DNA of 64,000 bases from Parachlamydiales bacterium (GCA_050250135.1 JBFWPF010000010.1:780-64779); one strand, 5' to 3'; numbered from the stretch's first letter, positions 17,072 to 26,299 are shown. The notes: generated by a model from the sequence alone, not told the origin. Made by a program: numbers and translations.

Positions 17072-17551
17072 TTTACCCCTCCCCCTTCGCTAAGAAAAAG
17101 CCCATTTTCTCCTCTTAGAAGCGGGAAGTCAAGCTAGGAAAGAGGCCTTTTTTTCAGATTTTTTCGGGAATTCGTTGCGCGAAATCGGCTAGTTGATTAA
17201 AACATCAGTTAATAACTCGTCGCTCGGTTTAGTTGAGCGAGATTTAACGGGATCCGGAAGGTAGGTCCTGAGAAAGTTAGGGCAGGTGGCCTCTTGGCGA
17301 ATCGAGCCAGATTGTTGAAATCGCGACGACACCCATAGCCAAAGCGCTATGGGTAAGGAGCGAGATCATCAAGGTGGCCGATGCAGCAAGAGGATGACGC
17401 CATAACTTTTTAAGGGCGTACCTTGGAGGGAACGAATGCCCCCTGAAAGCCGGGGGGCATGGGGTACGGTTGTGCCCACGTCACCCCAGATGGGTCCCAT
17501 AACCCTAAATTGTGGGCTGTGCCCACCTAACGCAACAAAAGGTGTGATTCC

Positions 17552-18082
17552 ATGAGTGGAGAACAAACAAAGAGCCGCCAGGCCCTTGAAGCAACCATTG
17601 CCCGTGCAATTGCCAAAGTAAAGGGCTCCAAAGAGAACGACTTATGCAAGTACCTCCCTGCCGAGGATGAGGGCTACATGCACCACTTTACCCTCCGCAA
17701 GATGAAAAGTGAGGAGCCCAAGAAGCTCAGCGAAATGATTGACCAGCATATTCTTAAGGTAGAGAAGCCGATGCGGCTCCGCCACAAGCCCCGCCGCCCC
17801 CGTGGCACCCGGAAGAAGCACGATGTGATCGCCCTCACCCGAGGGGAGCTCGAGCAACTGATGCACCACCTCAGCCGAGTAGGCGACGAGGGGATGCTGA
17901 ACAAATTCAGCCGCCGCCAGTCGCTTGCGATGATCAAAAAACAGTTGATAGCCGCTATCCGTAAGCACCAGATCGACCACGACCTTTGGGCCGCCTATGT
18001 CGACACGGTTAAGCTTCATAACCCTAGCGCTGACCCCCATCCGACCACCCCTGGTCAGGTGATGATGACCGTCCATCCCTAG
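17552..18082 (+). CDS. euo: Euo-like chlamydial early-gene DNA-binding regulator
   Basis: 176 aa. AIAKVKGSKENDLCKYLP...GYMHHFTLRKMKSEEPKKLSEMIDQHILKVEKPMRLRHKPR matches my memory of Chlamydia Euo. It has a long upstream non-coding region and a strong terminator downstream. Confidence 0.65.
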   Translation: MSGEQTKSRQALEATIARAIAKVKGSKENDLCKYLPAEDEGYMHHFTLRKMKSEEPKKLSEMIDQHILKVEKPMRLRHKPRRPRGTRKKHDVIALTRGELEQLMHHLSRVGDEGMLNKFSRRQSLAMIKKQLIAAIRKHQIDHDLWAAYVDTVKLHNPSADPHPTTPGQVMMTVHP

Positions 18083-18109
18083 GGGAGGCCGAATTTAATC
18101 TCGCGGAAA

Positions 18110-18145
18110 GGGGGCTAGCAAGGGACTGCTAGCCCCCTTTTTTTT
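18110..18145 (+). terminator. Rho-independent terminator after euo
   Basis: Perfect 11-bp stem GGGGGCTAGCA / TGCTAGCCCCC with a 6-nt loop, followed by T8. Confidence 0.85.
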
Positions 18146-18270
18146 GCTTGCACAACTTAACCGAAAGGCGTATCCTTTCCCTCTTCGCTGGCGGTCGTCG
18201 CCCACAAATAGTTGACGACTGGCCCGAACTTTGGCATTACTTACGTTTTAAAACCTCACTGAGGAAATCC

Positions 18271-19830
18271 ATGTCTCAAGCTACAACTCAAGAATTTGGC
18301 AAATGGCGCACCCGTTTTTGGCCCATCCATGGCTGGGAACTAAAGAAAGTAGTTCCTATGATGCTGATGTGCTTTTTGATCCTTTTCAACTACACCATCC
18401 TCCGCGACATCAAGGATGTACTGATCGTTGGCGGGTGCAGCGCCGCTGCGATCCCCTTTATTAAGTTCTGGGGAACCGTTCCCATGGCGGTCGTCTTCAT
18501 GGTCCTCTACTCAAAAATGAGTAACATCCTGTCGAAGCCGGGCCTCTTCTATGCCGCTATCCTCCCTTTTGCGGTCTTCTTCCCAGTTTTTGCTTACATC
18601 CTCTACCCCAACTTCCATGCGATAGCGCCCCATGCCCTTGCCGATTGGCTGGTAGGGAACCTCCCGGCCAACCTAGCGGTTCTCGGTGAGGTCGCCCGAA
18701 GCTGGCCCTTTGCCATCTTCTACATCTTTGCCGAGCTGTGGGGCAGCGTAGCCCTCTCCCTCCTCTTCTGGGGCTTTGCCAACGATGTGACGGGGGTCAC
18801 CGAGGCCAAACGGGCCTACCCCGTCTTTACCCTCTTTGGCAACCTTGCCCTCGTCGTTTCGGGTGAGGTGATCATCCACTGCTCCGGCCTCGGAAGTGGA
18901 GAAGATCGAGCCGCCTTCGGAACCACCCTTAACTACCTGATGGGTGTGGTCACCTTGGGTATTGGTGTTGTGGTTGGCCTCTACGCCTACCTGCAAGCCA
19001 AGGTCCTTAAGGATCCTAAATTCCTACCTGCGGCCGATCAGAAGAAGAAGAAGAAGGAAAAGCCCAAGATGGGCCTTATGGAGAGCTTTGCCTACCTGGC
19101 CAAATCGAAGTATATCCTTTGCCTAGCTATCCTAGTTCTCGGCTACGGGATCTCGATCAACCTCGTTGAGGTGACTTGGAAGGGGCAGCTCAAGCTCCAG
19201 TACCCCGCCATGGTCGACTACATGCGGTTTATGGGGAAATTCTCCCGAGCGACCGGCTACTTCTCGATTGCGATGATCCTTCTGATCAGCGGTAACTTTA
19301 TCCGCCGCTTCGGATGGGGACCCTCGGCGATCTTCACCCCTGTTGTCCTCCTGATCACAGGATTGGGCTTCTTTGCCTTTATCCTCTTCAAGGGCTCCCT
19401 GGGCGGACTCGTCGCGATGTTTGGCGCCACTCCCCTCTTCTTTGGGGTGATTTTCGGGGCGATCCAGAACATCTTCAGCAAGTCCTCCAAGTACTCCCTC
19501 TTCGACCCGACCAAGGAGATGGCCTACATCCCCCTTGATCAGGAGCAGAAGGTGAAGGGTAAGGCAGCGATCGACGTCGTCGGCGCCCGTCTCGGGAAGT
19601 CGGGTGGTTCGATCATCCAGCAGTTCCTTATCGCCGTCGTCGGCTTTGGAGCAATTGTCCCTTACGTGGCAGCCATCGTCACCGTCGTGATTGTCGGCTG
19701 GATCATTGCGGCGGGATCCCTTAGCCGTCAGTTTGCCAAGCTCTCCGCTCAGCGGGCTCAAGAGGCTATCGAAGCGGCAGAAGAGGCCCGTGCAGAAACC
19801 GAAGCCCAAGTGGCTCCAGCTGCCAGCTAA
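18271..19830 (+). CDS. npt1: ATP/ADP translocase (nucleotide transport protein, TLC family)
   Basis: 519 aa polytopic protein. N-terminus FGKWRTRFWPIHGWELKKVVPMMLM..FNYTILRDIKD is typical of chlamydial/rickettsial Npt/Tlc carriers. A GAGGA Shine-Dalgarno lies upstream of ATG 18271. The ORF-track start at 18148 is an upstream TTG. Confidence 0.9.
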   Translation: MSQATTQEFGKWRTRFWPIHGWELKKVVPMMLMCFLILFNYTILRDIKDVLIVGGCSAAAIPFIKFWGTVPMAVVFMVLYSKMSNILSKPGLFYAAILPFAVFFPVFAYILYPNFHAIAPHALADWLVGNLPANLAVLGEVARSWPFAIFYIFAELWGSVALSLLFWGFANDVTGVTEAKRAYPVFTLFGNLALVVSGEVIIHCSGLGSGEDRAAFGTTLNYLMGVVTLGIGVVVGLYAYLQAKVLKDPKFLPAADQKKKKKEKPKMGLMESFAYLAKSKYILCLAILVLGYGISINLVEVTWKGQLKLQYPAMVDYMRFMGKFSRATGYFSIAMILLISGNFIRRFGWGPSAIFTPVVLLITGLGFFAFILFKGSLGGLVAMFGATPLFFGVIFGAIQNIFSKSSKYSLFDPTKEMAYIPLDQEQKVKGKAAIDVVGARLGKSGGSIIQQFLIAVVGFGAIVPYVAAIVTVVIVGWIIAAGSLSRQFAKLSAQRAQEAIEAAEEARAETEAQVAPAAS

Positions 19831-19854
19831 GGCGATTGCCACCTGTGGCAAAAA

Positions 19855-19887
19855 GGGCCGTGGGGTTCGCCCCACGGCCCTTTTTTT
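19855..19887 (+). terminator. Rho-independent terminator after npt1
   Basis: Perfect 11-bp stem GGGCCGTGGGG / CCCCACGGCCC, loop TTCG, T7. An upstream A-run makes it potentially bidirectional. Confidence 0.85.
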
Positions 19888-19981
19888 AGCTTATGTTAAG
19901 TCACTTGCAGCAATTAAAGGGGGTCGGTATACCGGTCAGGATGCTGGTATCCAGCGTTAACCCAACCCTAGGAGGTTTCCT

Positions 19982-20113
19982 ATGAAACGACTACTACTTG
20001 CCCTACTCTTTACGGCGACAATCCCCCTCATGGCTGACGGAGACGAGGAGACCCCTATCGAGCAGGTCTCTGACGCCGATGTAGAGGATCAGGCGCCCGA
20101 CACAGCTGAATAA
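19982..20113 (+). CDS. Small (43-aa) putative secreted acidic peptide
   Basis: AGGAGG lies 6 nt upstream of the ATG. Sequence is MKRLLLALLFTATIPLMADGDEETPIEQVSDADVEDQAPDTAE: a signal-peptide-like N-terminus then an acidic tail. Followed by a 12-bp hairpin. Below the ORF-track size cutoff. Confidence 0.4.
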   Translation: MKRLLLALLFTATIPLMADGDEETPIEQVSDADVEDQAPDTAE

Positions 20114-20118
20114 GCCTT

Positions 20119-20160
20119 AGGCCCCTCCCCCGAGGTACCCCCTCACGAGGGGAGGGGCCT
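20119..20160 (+). terminator. Stem-loop downstream of the small ORF; weak terminator candidate
   Basis: Perfect 12-bp stem AGGCCCCTCCCC / GGGGAGGGGCCT with an 18-nt loop. Only a short T tract follows. Confidence 0.3.
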
Positions 20161-20254
20161 TTCCTATACCGAATTCGGCGATATCCCCCTACAAGGACTC
20201 CAAGAGACCGAGGGGTGGAAAACCCTGTACGCCCTTTACGACAGCGCCGAAACG

Positions 20255-20545
20255 ATGGCCCCTGTGCAGGAACAGCTCGTCCGCAAGATGATGAAGGGGG
20301 CCACCAGACTCCCCCGCTCCAAGAACCCCTTCCACTATGAACAGGAGCAGGAGAAGGGGACCTGTGCGACACAGGGGCCCATGGCCTTCATTCGCCACCG
20401 ATTCCTGAGAGAGGCCGAGTACAAGTTGTTCAAAGCCCACTTGGATAGCAAGGCGATATCGATCCATCGCCGATGGGCCAATCTCGAAATCCAGGAGCTT
20501 CTACGCACCCCATTTGGTAAGCAGGAGGGGGAATTAGCGATCTAA
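20255..20545 (+). CDS. Hypothetical protein
   Basis: 96-aa ORF with no recognisable family, in a repeat-rich intergenic zone. Confidence 0.3.
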   Translation: MAPVQEQLVRKMMKGATRLPRSKNPFHYEQEQEKGTCATQGPMAFIRHRFLREAEYKLFKAHLDSKAISIHRRWANLEIQELLRTPFGKQEGELAI

Positions 20546-20647
20546 CGCATAGCCGATAATCCTAAGCGCTACCCCACGATGGCTAAGCAGCTCTCCGACC
20601 AGCTGGATGATACATTTGAGAATCTGCTCGTTAGAAGCGCTCTTCAA

Positions 20648-20804
20648 CCCCTGATTGCGACCTATCGTCCGGGGGGCGTGGCAGATGGTGGTCAGATAGT
20701 GTACATCGTGACGAGGCCAGGTCTTTAGACCTGGGTGAGGAGGGATGTACACTAAATGGCCGCCAGCTGTCGATGCCGTCTAGACGATAGGTCGCAATCA
20801 GGGG
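20648..20804. repeat. 157-bp foldback MITE-like element, copy 1
   Basis: Terminal inverted repeats CCCCTGATTGCGACCTATCGTC... / ...GACGATAGGTCGCAATCAGGGG. Internal nested palindromes AGTGTACATC/GATGTACACT and CCAGGTCT-TT-AGACCTGG. Near-identical in length and sequence to 36516-36672. Confidence 0.85.
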
Positions 20805-20809
20805 TTTAA

Positions 20810-20850
20810 CCCCTGATTATGACCTATCGTCCAGAGGGCATCTGCATGGG
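20810..20850. repeat. Solo end (half copy) of the 157-bp MITE family
   Basis: CCCCTGATTATGACCTATCGTCCAGAGGGCATCTGCA matches the reverse complement of the right end of copy 2 (TGTAGATGCCCTCTGGGCGATAGGTCGCAATCAGGGG). Confidence 0.6.
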
Positions 20851-20872
20851 CTAGCTCAAGTTGTTGTAGAGA

Positions 20873-21160
20873 TTTTTACCACAGAGGGGCACAGAGGCGG
20901 CTTTATTCCTCCGGAATAAAACCGCATGCCTGCTCCCCAGGGGGAAGGCCCCTGGGGAGCAAGCCCAACATTCCCATCGGACATCTGTTTCTGCACTAAC
21001 GTTAGAAGGGGCATTTTGTCCCCCCCGGGCTATCCTAGGGGGGGACAGGCTGTTAGGCCGATTCCGTAGGAATGGGTCTAAGCTAGGGATAGCGCTAGGT
21101 CTATTGACCTCTCCCTTTCTTTTCCCCCTCTGTGCTTCTCTGTGCTCTCTGTGGTAAAAA
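20873..21160. repeat. 288-bp hairpin-rich foldback element with ACCACAGAG termini
   Basis: 14-bp perfect terminal IR TTTTTACCACAGAG (20873-20886) / CTCTGTGGTAAAAA (21147-21160), with CACAGAG reiterated at both ends. Internal stems: perfect 13-bp (20931-20961), perfect 10-bp (21017-21047) and 12/13-bp (20897-20925). Confidence 0.75.
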
Positions 21161-21197
21161 AAATCCTAACTATGTTTGAGCCCACCTGATCGGTGGG

Positions 21198-23003
21198 CTA
21201 ATCGGCCTTAAGAATGGCCATAAAGGCGCTCTGGGGGATGTTCACCTTGCCAAACTGGCGCATCTTGAGTTTCCCCTTTTTCTGCTTCTCCCACAGTTTG
21301 CGCTTTCGAGTGATATCGCCACCGTAACACTTGGCGGTGACGTTTTTGGCAAGGGCACCGATCGTCTCGCGGGCCACAATCTTCCCTCCAATGGCCGCCT
21401 GAAGGGGGATCTTAAAGAGCTGCTTGGGGATCACCTCCTTCAGCTTCTCACAAATCGCCCTCCCCTTCTGCTCCGCCTTCGAGCGGTGAACAAGGCATGA
21501 GAAGGCATCGACCGGCTCCTCGTTGACCCGGATCTCCAGTTTGATAATGTCACTCTTCTGGTAGGACTCAAACTCATAGTCAAAGGAGCCATACCCCTTA
21601 GTAAACGACTTCAGTTTGTCGTTAAAATCGATGATGATCTCGTTGAGAGGGAACCGGTAGGTGAGGAGGAGGCGACGGGAGTCGGCCGTGTCGGTATCGA
21701 GCGGCTCTCCCCGCTTCTCCTTGGCTAGGTTCATCACCGCTCCAAGGTAGTCAGAGGGAACCAGGATATGGCAGGTCACATAGGGCTCCTGCACCTCCCG
21801 AATGAGGGTCGGATCGGGGAAATGGGCGGGGTTATCGACCTCTATCGTCCTCCCATCCTGCAAAAGCAGTTTGTAGACCACACTAGGAGCCGTTGTGAGG
21901 ATATCGAGGTCATACTCGCGGGAGAGGCGCTCAAAGATGATCTCGAGGTGGAGGAGGCCAAGAAAGCCGCACCGAAACCCAAAACCGAGGGCAAGGCTAC
22001 TCTCCTGCTCGACATGGAGGGCCGAGTCGTTCAGCTGGAGCTTGGTGAGGGCATCCCGAAGGGCCTCAAAGTCCCCCGAATCGACCGGGTAGATCCCGGC
22101 ATAGACGACCGGCTGCATCACCTTAAAACCCGGGAGGGGTCCAGGAGCGGGCCGCTTGGTCAGGGTCATGGTGTCACCAATCTTCACATCATTTGTGTTC
22201 TTGATATTGGCCACCACATACCCCACCTCTCCTGGCCGAAGGATCTCAACCGATTTCTCTTTCGGGGTAAAGATCCCCACGTCGAGAACCTCAAAGGTCT
22301 TCCCCGTTGCCATCATCTTGATCGACAAACCCTTCCGAACCTCTCCGCTCACTACGCGGACATAGGCCATTGCCCCCCGGTAGGGGTCGTAGTGGGAGTC
22401 AAAGATAAGGGCCCTCAGCAGCTCATCCTCGGGCTCTTTGGGTGGGGGGATCAGGTAGACAATCTGCTCCAGGATCTCGGGGATTCCCACCCCTGTCTTT
22501 CCCGAGCAGCCGACCACATCGCCGACGGGGAGCCCAATAATATCCCGAATTTGCTCCTTGACCCCTTCGAAATCGGCTGCGGGCAGGTCGACCTTGTTGA
22601 TCACGGGGATGATCTCCAAATTCCGCTCAATGGCCATATGAACGTTGGCCAGGCTCTGCGCTTGAACTCCTTGCGTTGCATCAATCACGAGGAGCGCCCC
22701 CTCGCAAGCGGCCAGGGAGCGGGAGACCTCATAGGAGAAGTCGACGTGGCCCGGGGTGTCGACAAAGTTAATCTTATAGGTCACCCCGTCGGAGGCCTCG
22801 TAGAGCATCGTGACCGGCTTGGCCTTAATGGTGATCCCCTTTTCCTTCTCTAGCTCCATCGCGTCTAAGAGCTGCTCCTCCATATCCCGCGCCTCAACGG
22901 TATGGGTAAGCTCCAGGAGGCGGTCGGCGATCGTCGACTTGCCGTGGTCGATGTGGGCGATTATAGAAAAATTTCGAATCCGCTTGGGGGAGTATTCAAA
23001 CAT
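21198..23003 (-). CDS. lepA: Elongation factor 4 (LepA)
   Basis: 601 aa. [24 protein letters not shown] and NKVD GTPase motifs plus the LepA-specific C-terminal domain (...[18 protein letters not shown]). Confidence 0.95.
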   Translation of the reverse strand: MFEYSPKRIRNFSIIAHIDHGKSTIADRLLELTHTVEARDMEEQLLDAMELEKEKGITIKAKPVTMLYEASDGVTYKINFVDTPGHVDFSYEVSRSLAACEGALLVIDATQGVQAQSLANVHMAIERNLEIIPVINKVDLPAADFEGVKEQIRDIIGLPVGDVVGCSGKTGVGIPEILEQIVYLIPPPKEPEDELLRALIFDSHYDPYRGAMAYVRVVSGEVRKGLSIKMMATGKTFEVLDVGIFTPKEKSVEILRPGEVGYVVANIKNTNDVKIGDTMTLTKRPAPGPLPGFKVMQPVVYAGIYPVDSGDFEALRDALTKLQLNDSALHVEQESSLALGFGFRCGFLGLLHLEIIFERLSREYDLDILTTAPSVVYKLLLQDGRTIEVDNPAHFPDPTLIREVQEPYVTCHILVPSDYLGAVMNLAKEKRGEPLDTDTADSRRLLLTYRFPLNEIIIDFNDKLKSFTKGYGSFDYEFESYQKSDIIKLEIRVNEEPVDAFSCLVHRSKAEQKGRAICEKLKEVIPKQLFKIPLQAAIGGKIVARETIGALAKNVTAKCYGGDITRKRKLWEKQKKGKLKMRQFGKVNIPQSAFMAILKAD

Positions 23004-23109
23004 AGGGGGGCGAGCATTCTCCTCTCAGAGCGGCTAATCGATTGCACGCCCTAGTCTACCTGAAGTGGGGCACCGCGATCAACGGTAGGTCCTTAGAAAG
23101 TTAGGGCAG

Positions 23110-23151
23110 CCCACTGCCGATGCCCTAGGAATGATAGGTTGCAATCAGGGG
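23110..23151. repeat. Partial (right-end) copy of the 157-bp MITE family overlapping the htpG stop
   Basis: ...GATGCCCTAGGAATGATAGGTTGCAATCAGGGG aligns with ...GATGCCCTCTGGGCGATAGGTCGCAATCAGGGG of copy 2. Confidence 0.55.
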
Positions 23152-24947
23152 CGTACCGCCAACGCAAGCTTTTGGAGGAGGGCGCTTGAGCGGGCCAGGA
23201 AGGCGTCGAGGTGGGAGGGGTCCATCTCCCGCTGGCTGAGAAGGGCCTGGTCATAGGCGTGCTGGACCAACTCCTTGGCCAGGGTCGGATCGCGTCCATG
23301 AAGGTCGGGAAGGGCCCCCATCAGGGGGTTATTGGTGTTCACCACAAAGGTCCGCCGCCCGATAAACTCGGTAGGCCCCTTCTTGGAGCTGTTTACGGCA
23401 AGGATATCTCGCATCCGGCGGGCCTGCTCATCGAGGAGGAGGAAAGAGGGGAGCTTGTCGGAGGCGAGGCTCTTTGCCTCCACTTCGACCCCCTCAGGGA
23501 GAAGGGCTTTGACCAGCTCGGCAAGGCGGGTAGCGGGGGTCTTCCCTTCCGCATCGAGGAGCCCCTGCTCCCGCCCCTTGTCGAGGAGGGCCTCATCGAG
23601 GGCCCCGTCGATCCGCTGCAACTTAGTCCCTGAGAGCTTCTTCTCAAGGAAGGGGATCAGGTGGGCATCGATCGCCCCCCCCGTTTGGAGGACCTTGCAC
23701 CCCCTCTCCTTGTAGGCCTCTACGATGGGGCACCCCTCCCTTTCCTCACCGGTGTAAAAGACCGTCCCTTCGGCCTCTTTTAGGGTCGTCCACTCCCCGT
23801 CGGTCGTCTTGAAGATGAGGGCGTCGGCGACCCGCTCATAGAACTTCTCATCCTGAAGGGCCCCGAGCTTAACGATCAGCTCGAGATCCTCCCAGCAGCT
23901 GAGGTAGCGCTCCCTCTCGGTCGCATGGAGGGAGGCAAGCTTGTCGGCGACCTTCTTGGAGATATGGGCCGAAAGCTGCCGCACCGTCCGGTCGACCTGG
24001 AGGGTGGAGCGGGAGACGTTAAGGGGGATATCGGGGCTGTCGATCACCCCCCGAAGCATGGTGAGGTAATCGGGTAGTAGCTCCTTGCAACTATCGGCGA
24101 CAAAGACCCGGTTGCAGAAGAGGCGGACCGTCTCCTTCTTGAAATCGAAGTCCCGCCTCAGGCGGGGGAAGTAGAGGATCCCCTGGAGGTGGAAGGGGAA
24201 ATCGACGCTGAGGTGGATCCAAAAGAGGGGCTCCTCTTCAAAGGGGTAGAGGGTCCGGTAAAAATGCTTATAGTCTTCGTCGGTGCATTTTGCCGGCGAT
24301 TTGAGCCACAGGGGCTCCTCCTTGTTGAGAAGGGTCTCGCCGAGGAAGATCGGGTAGGGGAGGAAGGCGCAGTAGCGGCCTAAAATAGAGCCGATCCGCT
24401 CCTCACTCAAAAACTCGTCACTGTCGCCATCGAGGTGGAGGGTGATCTGGGTCCCCCGACTCGTTCGACTCCCCTCCTCGAGGGTGTACTCGGAGGAGCC
24501 CTCGCTCTCCCAGCGGACCGGCTTAGCATCGGGCTTGTAGGAGAGGGTCTCGATCACCACCCTCTCTGCCACCATGAAGGCGGAGAAAAAGCCGAGGCCA
24601 AAGTGGCCGATGATCGCCCCATCCGCCGCCTGGTACCGCTTGGCAAACTCCTCGGCACCTGAGAAGGCGACATCGCCGATGTAGCGCTCCACCTCCTCAG
24701 CATCCATCCCAAGGCCGGTGTCGGTAAAAGTAAGGGTCCTCCCCTCTTTGTCGATCGCCACTTCAATGCGAAAGGAGTCGTCGGTAGCTGTGCTCTCCCC
24801 CTGCTCCCTCAGAATTTTCAGCTTAGAAAGGGCATCGGTTCCGTTCGAGACCAGCTCCCGCACAAAGATGTCGCGGTCCGAATAGAGCCACTTTTTGATG
24901 ATGGGCAGGAGGTTTTCGGTGTTGATGCGGAGGGCCTTTGTTGTCAT
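23145..24947 (-). CDS. htpG: Molecular chaperone HtpG (Hsp90)
   Basis: GHKL ATPase N-terminus (LYSDRDIFVRELVSNGTDAL, DTGLGM, IGHFGLGFFS). Start placed at MTTKALRINTENLL (ATG 24945-24947), which overlaps the upstream gene's TGA as ATGA. The ORF-track start at 25046 adds an implausible 33-aa extension. Confidence 0.9.
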   Translation of the reverse strand: MTTKALRINTENLLPIIKKWLYSDRDIFVRELVSNGTDALSKLKILREQGESTATDDSFRIEVAIDKEGRTLTFTDTGLGMDAEEVERYIGDVAFSGAEEFAKRYQAADGAIIGHFGLGFFSAFMVAERVVIETLSYKPDAKPVRWESEGSSEYTLEEGSRTSRGTQITLHLDGDSDEFLSEERIGSILGRYCAFLPYPIFLGETLLNKEEPLWLKSPAKCTDEDYKHFYRTLYPFEEEPLFWIHLSVDFPFHLQGILYFPRLRRDFDFKKETVRLFCNRVFVADSCKELLPDYLTMLRGVIDSPDIPLNVSRSTLQVDRTVRQLSAHISKKVADKLASLHATERERYLSCWEDLELIVKLGALQDEKFYERVADALIFKTTDGEWTTLKEAEGTVFYTGEEREGCPIVEAYKERGCKVLQTGGAIDAHLIPFLEKKLSGTKLQRIDGALDEALLDKGREQGLLDAEGKTPATRLAELVKALLPEGVEVEAKSLASDKLPSFLLLDEQARRMRDILAVNSSKKGPTEFIGRRTFVVNTNNPLMGALPDLHGRDPTLAKELVQHAYDQALLSQREMDPSHLDAFLARSSALLQKLALAVRP

Positions 24948-26299
24948 AGATTGAGCACTCCTGCTGCTTCCAAGATAAAGACGACAATGACGGTAGGCAC
25001 GACATAGCGGATGAGAGCCTTCCACAGGGGGAGGGTCCAGCGCCACTTCACTTGGGAGAGAAACTCCTCATCGCGGATCCCCTTGTCCATCCGCCACCCC
25101 ACAAAGATCGCGGTGAAAAAGCCGGCAATCGGGAGGAACCAGCGATCCCATGTGGTGCTCACCGTGTCGAAGAAATTCTCCCCGTACATCGCCTCCCAGG
25201 AGGGAAAGAGGTGGCCCGAACCGGCCAAAGCGCTCGGAATCCCCACCAAAAAGACGAGCCCCATCGTGAGGAGGGTGGCCCTCTTTCGGGACCAGTTGAA
25301 AAGCTCCATCCCATTCGCCACCAAGTTTTCCAAAAGAGAGACGGTCGAGGTGAGGGCGGTAAACACAAGCAGGAGGAAAAAGACTGTGGAGAGGATCAGG
25401 GTTGCGGGGAGCTGAGAAAAGAGGACGGGGAGGATCTTAAAGACCAAACCAGGCCCCTCAGCGGCTGGAAAGCCAAAGGTAAAGATGATCGGGAAAATAA
25501 TGAGACCAGCCACAACGGAGATCGCCAAGGTCAAGCCCAAGACCGTTAGCGCCGTCTTGGGGATATTCTCCTCCTTGCGCATGTAGCTCCCGTAGGTGAG
25601 GATAATCCCAAAGCCCAACGAGGCGGTAAAAAAGGAGAGCCCCAGGGCGGCCAGCACACCCGACGGTGTGAGGGCACTGAAATCGGGGTAGAGCATAAAA
25701 CGGACTGCCTGCCCAAAGCCGGGTAGGGTGACCGAATAGCACAGTAGCCCTAGCAGCAGGATAAACAGGGCGGGCATCAGGATCTTCGACCAGTGCTCAA
25801 TCCCCTTCTGCACCCCGCCGTAAATGACAGCGCCGGTGATCACCAAAAAGGCGGTCATCCAGAAGATCGAAATATCCCCCGCCCCGACCAGCACATTGAA
25901 GACCCCCTCGATCTGCTCGGCCGACCTCCCTTGTGTGAACTGGGCGAGCGAGAGGAGGACATAGTTGAGGGTCCACCCCGCCACCACGTTGTAGTAGGAG
26001 AAGACGATCAAGGTCGATAAAATGGCCAGCCAGCCGACCAGCCTCCAGTTGCGGGAGTGGGAGAGGTTGGCAAAGGCCCCCACTACCCCCCGCTGCGAGG
26101 CCCGCCCCATGATCAACTCGGCGATAAAGAGGGGGACGCAGATCACCAGGGTAGAAAAAAGATAGAGGATAACAAAGGCCCCACCCCCATTCTGTCCGGT
26201 CACGTAAGGGAACTTCCAGAGGCTCCCCAAACCTATTGCCGAACCGGCCGCTGCAAAGACTAGGCCGAGGTGGCTGCCCCAGTGTTCCCGCGCTTTCAT
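24944..26299 (-). CDS. Sodium-dependent transporter, neurotransmitter:sodium symporter (SNF/NSS) family
   Basis: 451 aa, ~12 TM. N-terminal W.S..G.V.AAAGSAIGLGSLWKFPY signature. Confidence 0.85.
   Translation of the reverse strand: MKAREHWGSHLGLVFAAAGSAIGLGSLWKFPYVTGQNGGGAFVILYLFSTLVICVPLFIAELIMGRASQRGVVGAFANLSHSRNWRLVGWLAILSTLIVFSYYNVVAGWTLNYVLLSLAQFTQGRSAEQIEGVFNVLVGAGDISIFWMTAFLVITGAVIYGGVQKGIEHWSKILMPALFILLLGLLCYSVTLPGFGQAVRFMLYPDFSALTPSGVLAALGLSFFTASLGFGIILTYGSYMRKEENIPKTALTVLGLTLAISVVAGLIIFPIIFTFGFPAAEGPGLVFKILPVLFSQLPATLILSTVFFLLLVFTALTSTVSLLENLVANGMELFNWSRKRATLLTMGLVFLVGIPSALAGSGHLFPSWEAMYGENFFDTVSTTWDRWFLPIAGFFTAIFVGWRMDKGIRDEEFLSQVKWRWTLPLWKALIRYVVPTVIVVFILEAAGVLNL

Noticed and set aside
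17072-17551. Tested the long ytgA-euo spacer by eye for tmRNA, RNase P RNA and SRP RNA. The TCCGGAAGGTAGG word superficially resembles the SRP domain IV TCCGGAAGGAAGC.
   Set aside because: There is no GGGG...ACCA tRNA-like ends or -LAA-type tag frame, no GAGGAAAGTCC RNase P core, and no complementary SRP 3' strand. Part of the SRP-like word belongs to a repeat also found at 23084-23109. It is kept only as an unexplained structured region.
21179-21199. The hairpin GCCCACC-TGATC-GGTGGGC next to the lepA stop, as the lepA terminator.
   Set aside because: The stem is short and is not followed directly by a U-tract on the minus strand. The adjacent foldback element (20873-21160) is a more likely source of termination, so it is not called separately.
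24948-25046. N-terminal extensions from the ORF track for htpG (to 25046), npt1 (18148 TTG), radA (51840), abiEii (48599), sodA (54487) and ATPase 3 (38141 TTG).
   Set aside because: In each case an internal ATG with a Shine-Dalgarno-like sequence coincides with the conserved N-terminus of the family. The extension overlaps the upstream gene or has an implausible composition.
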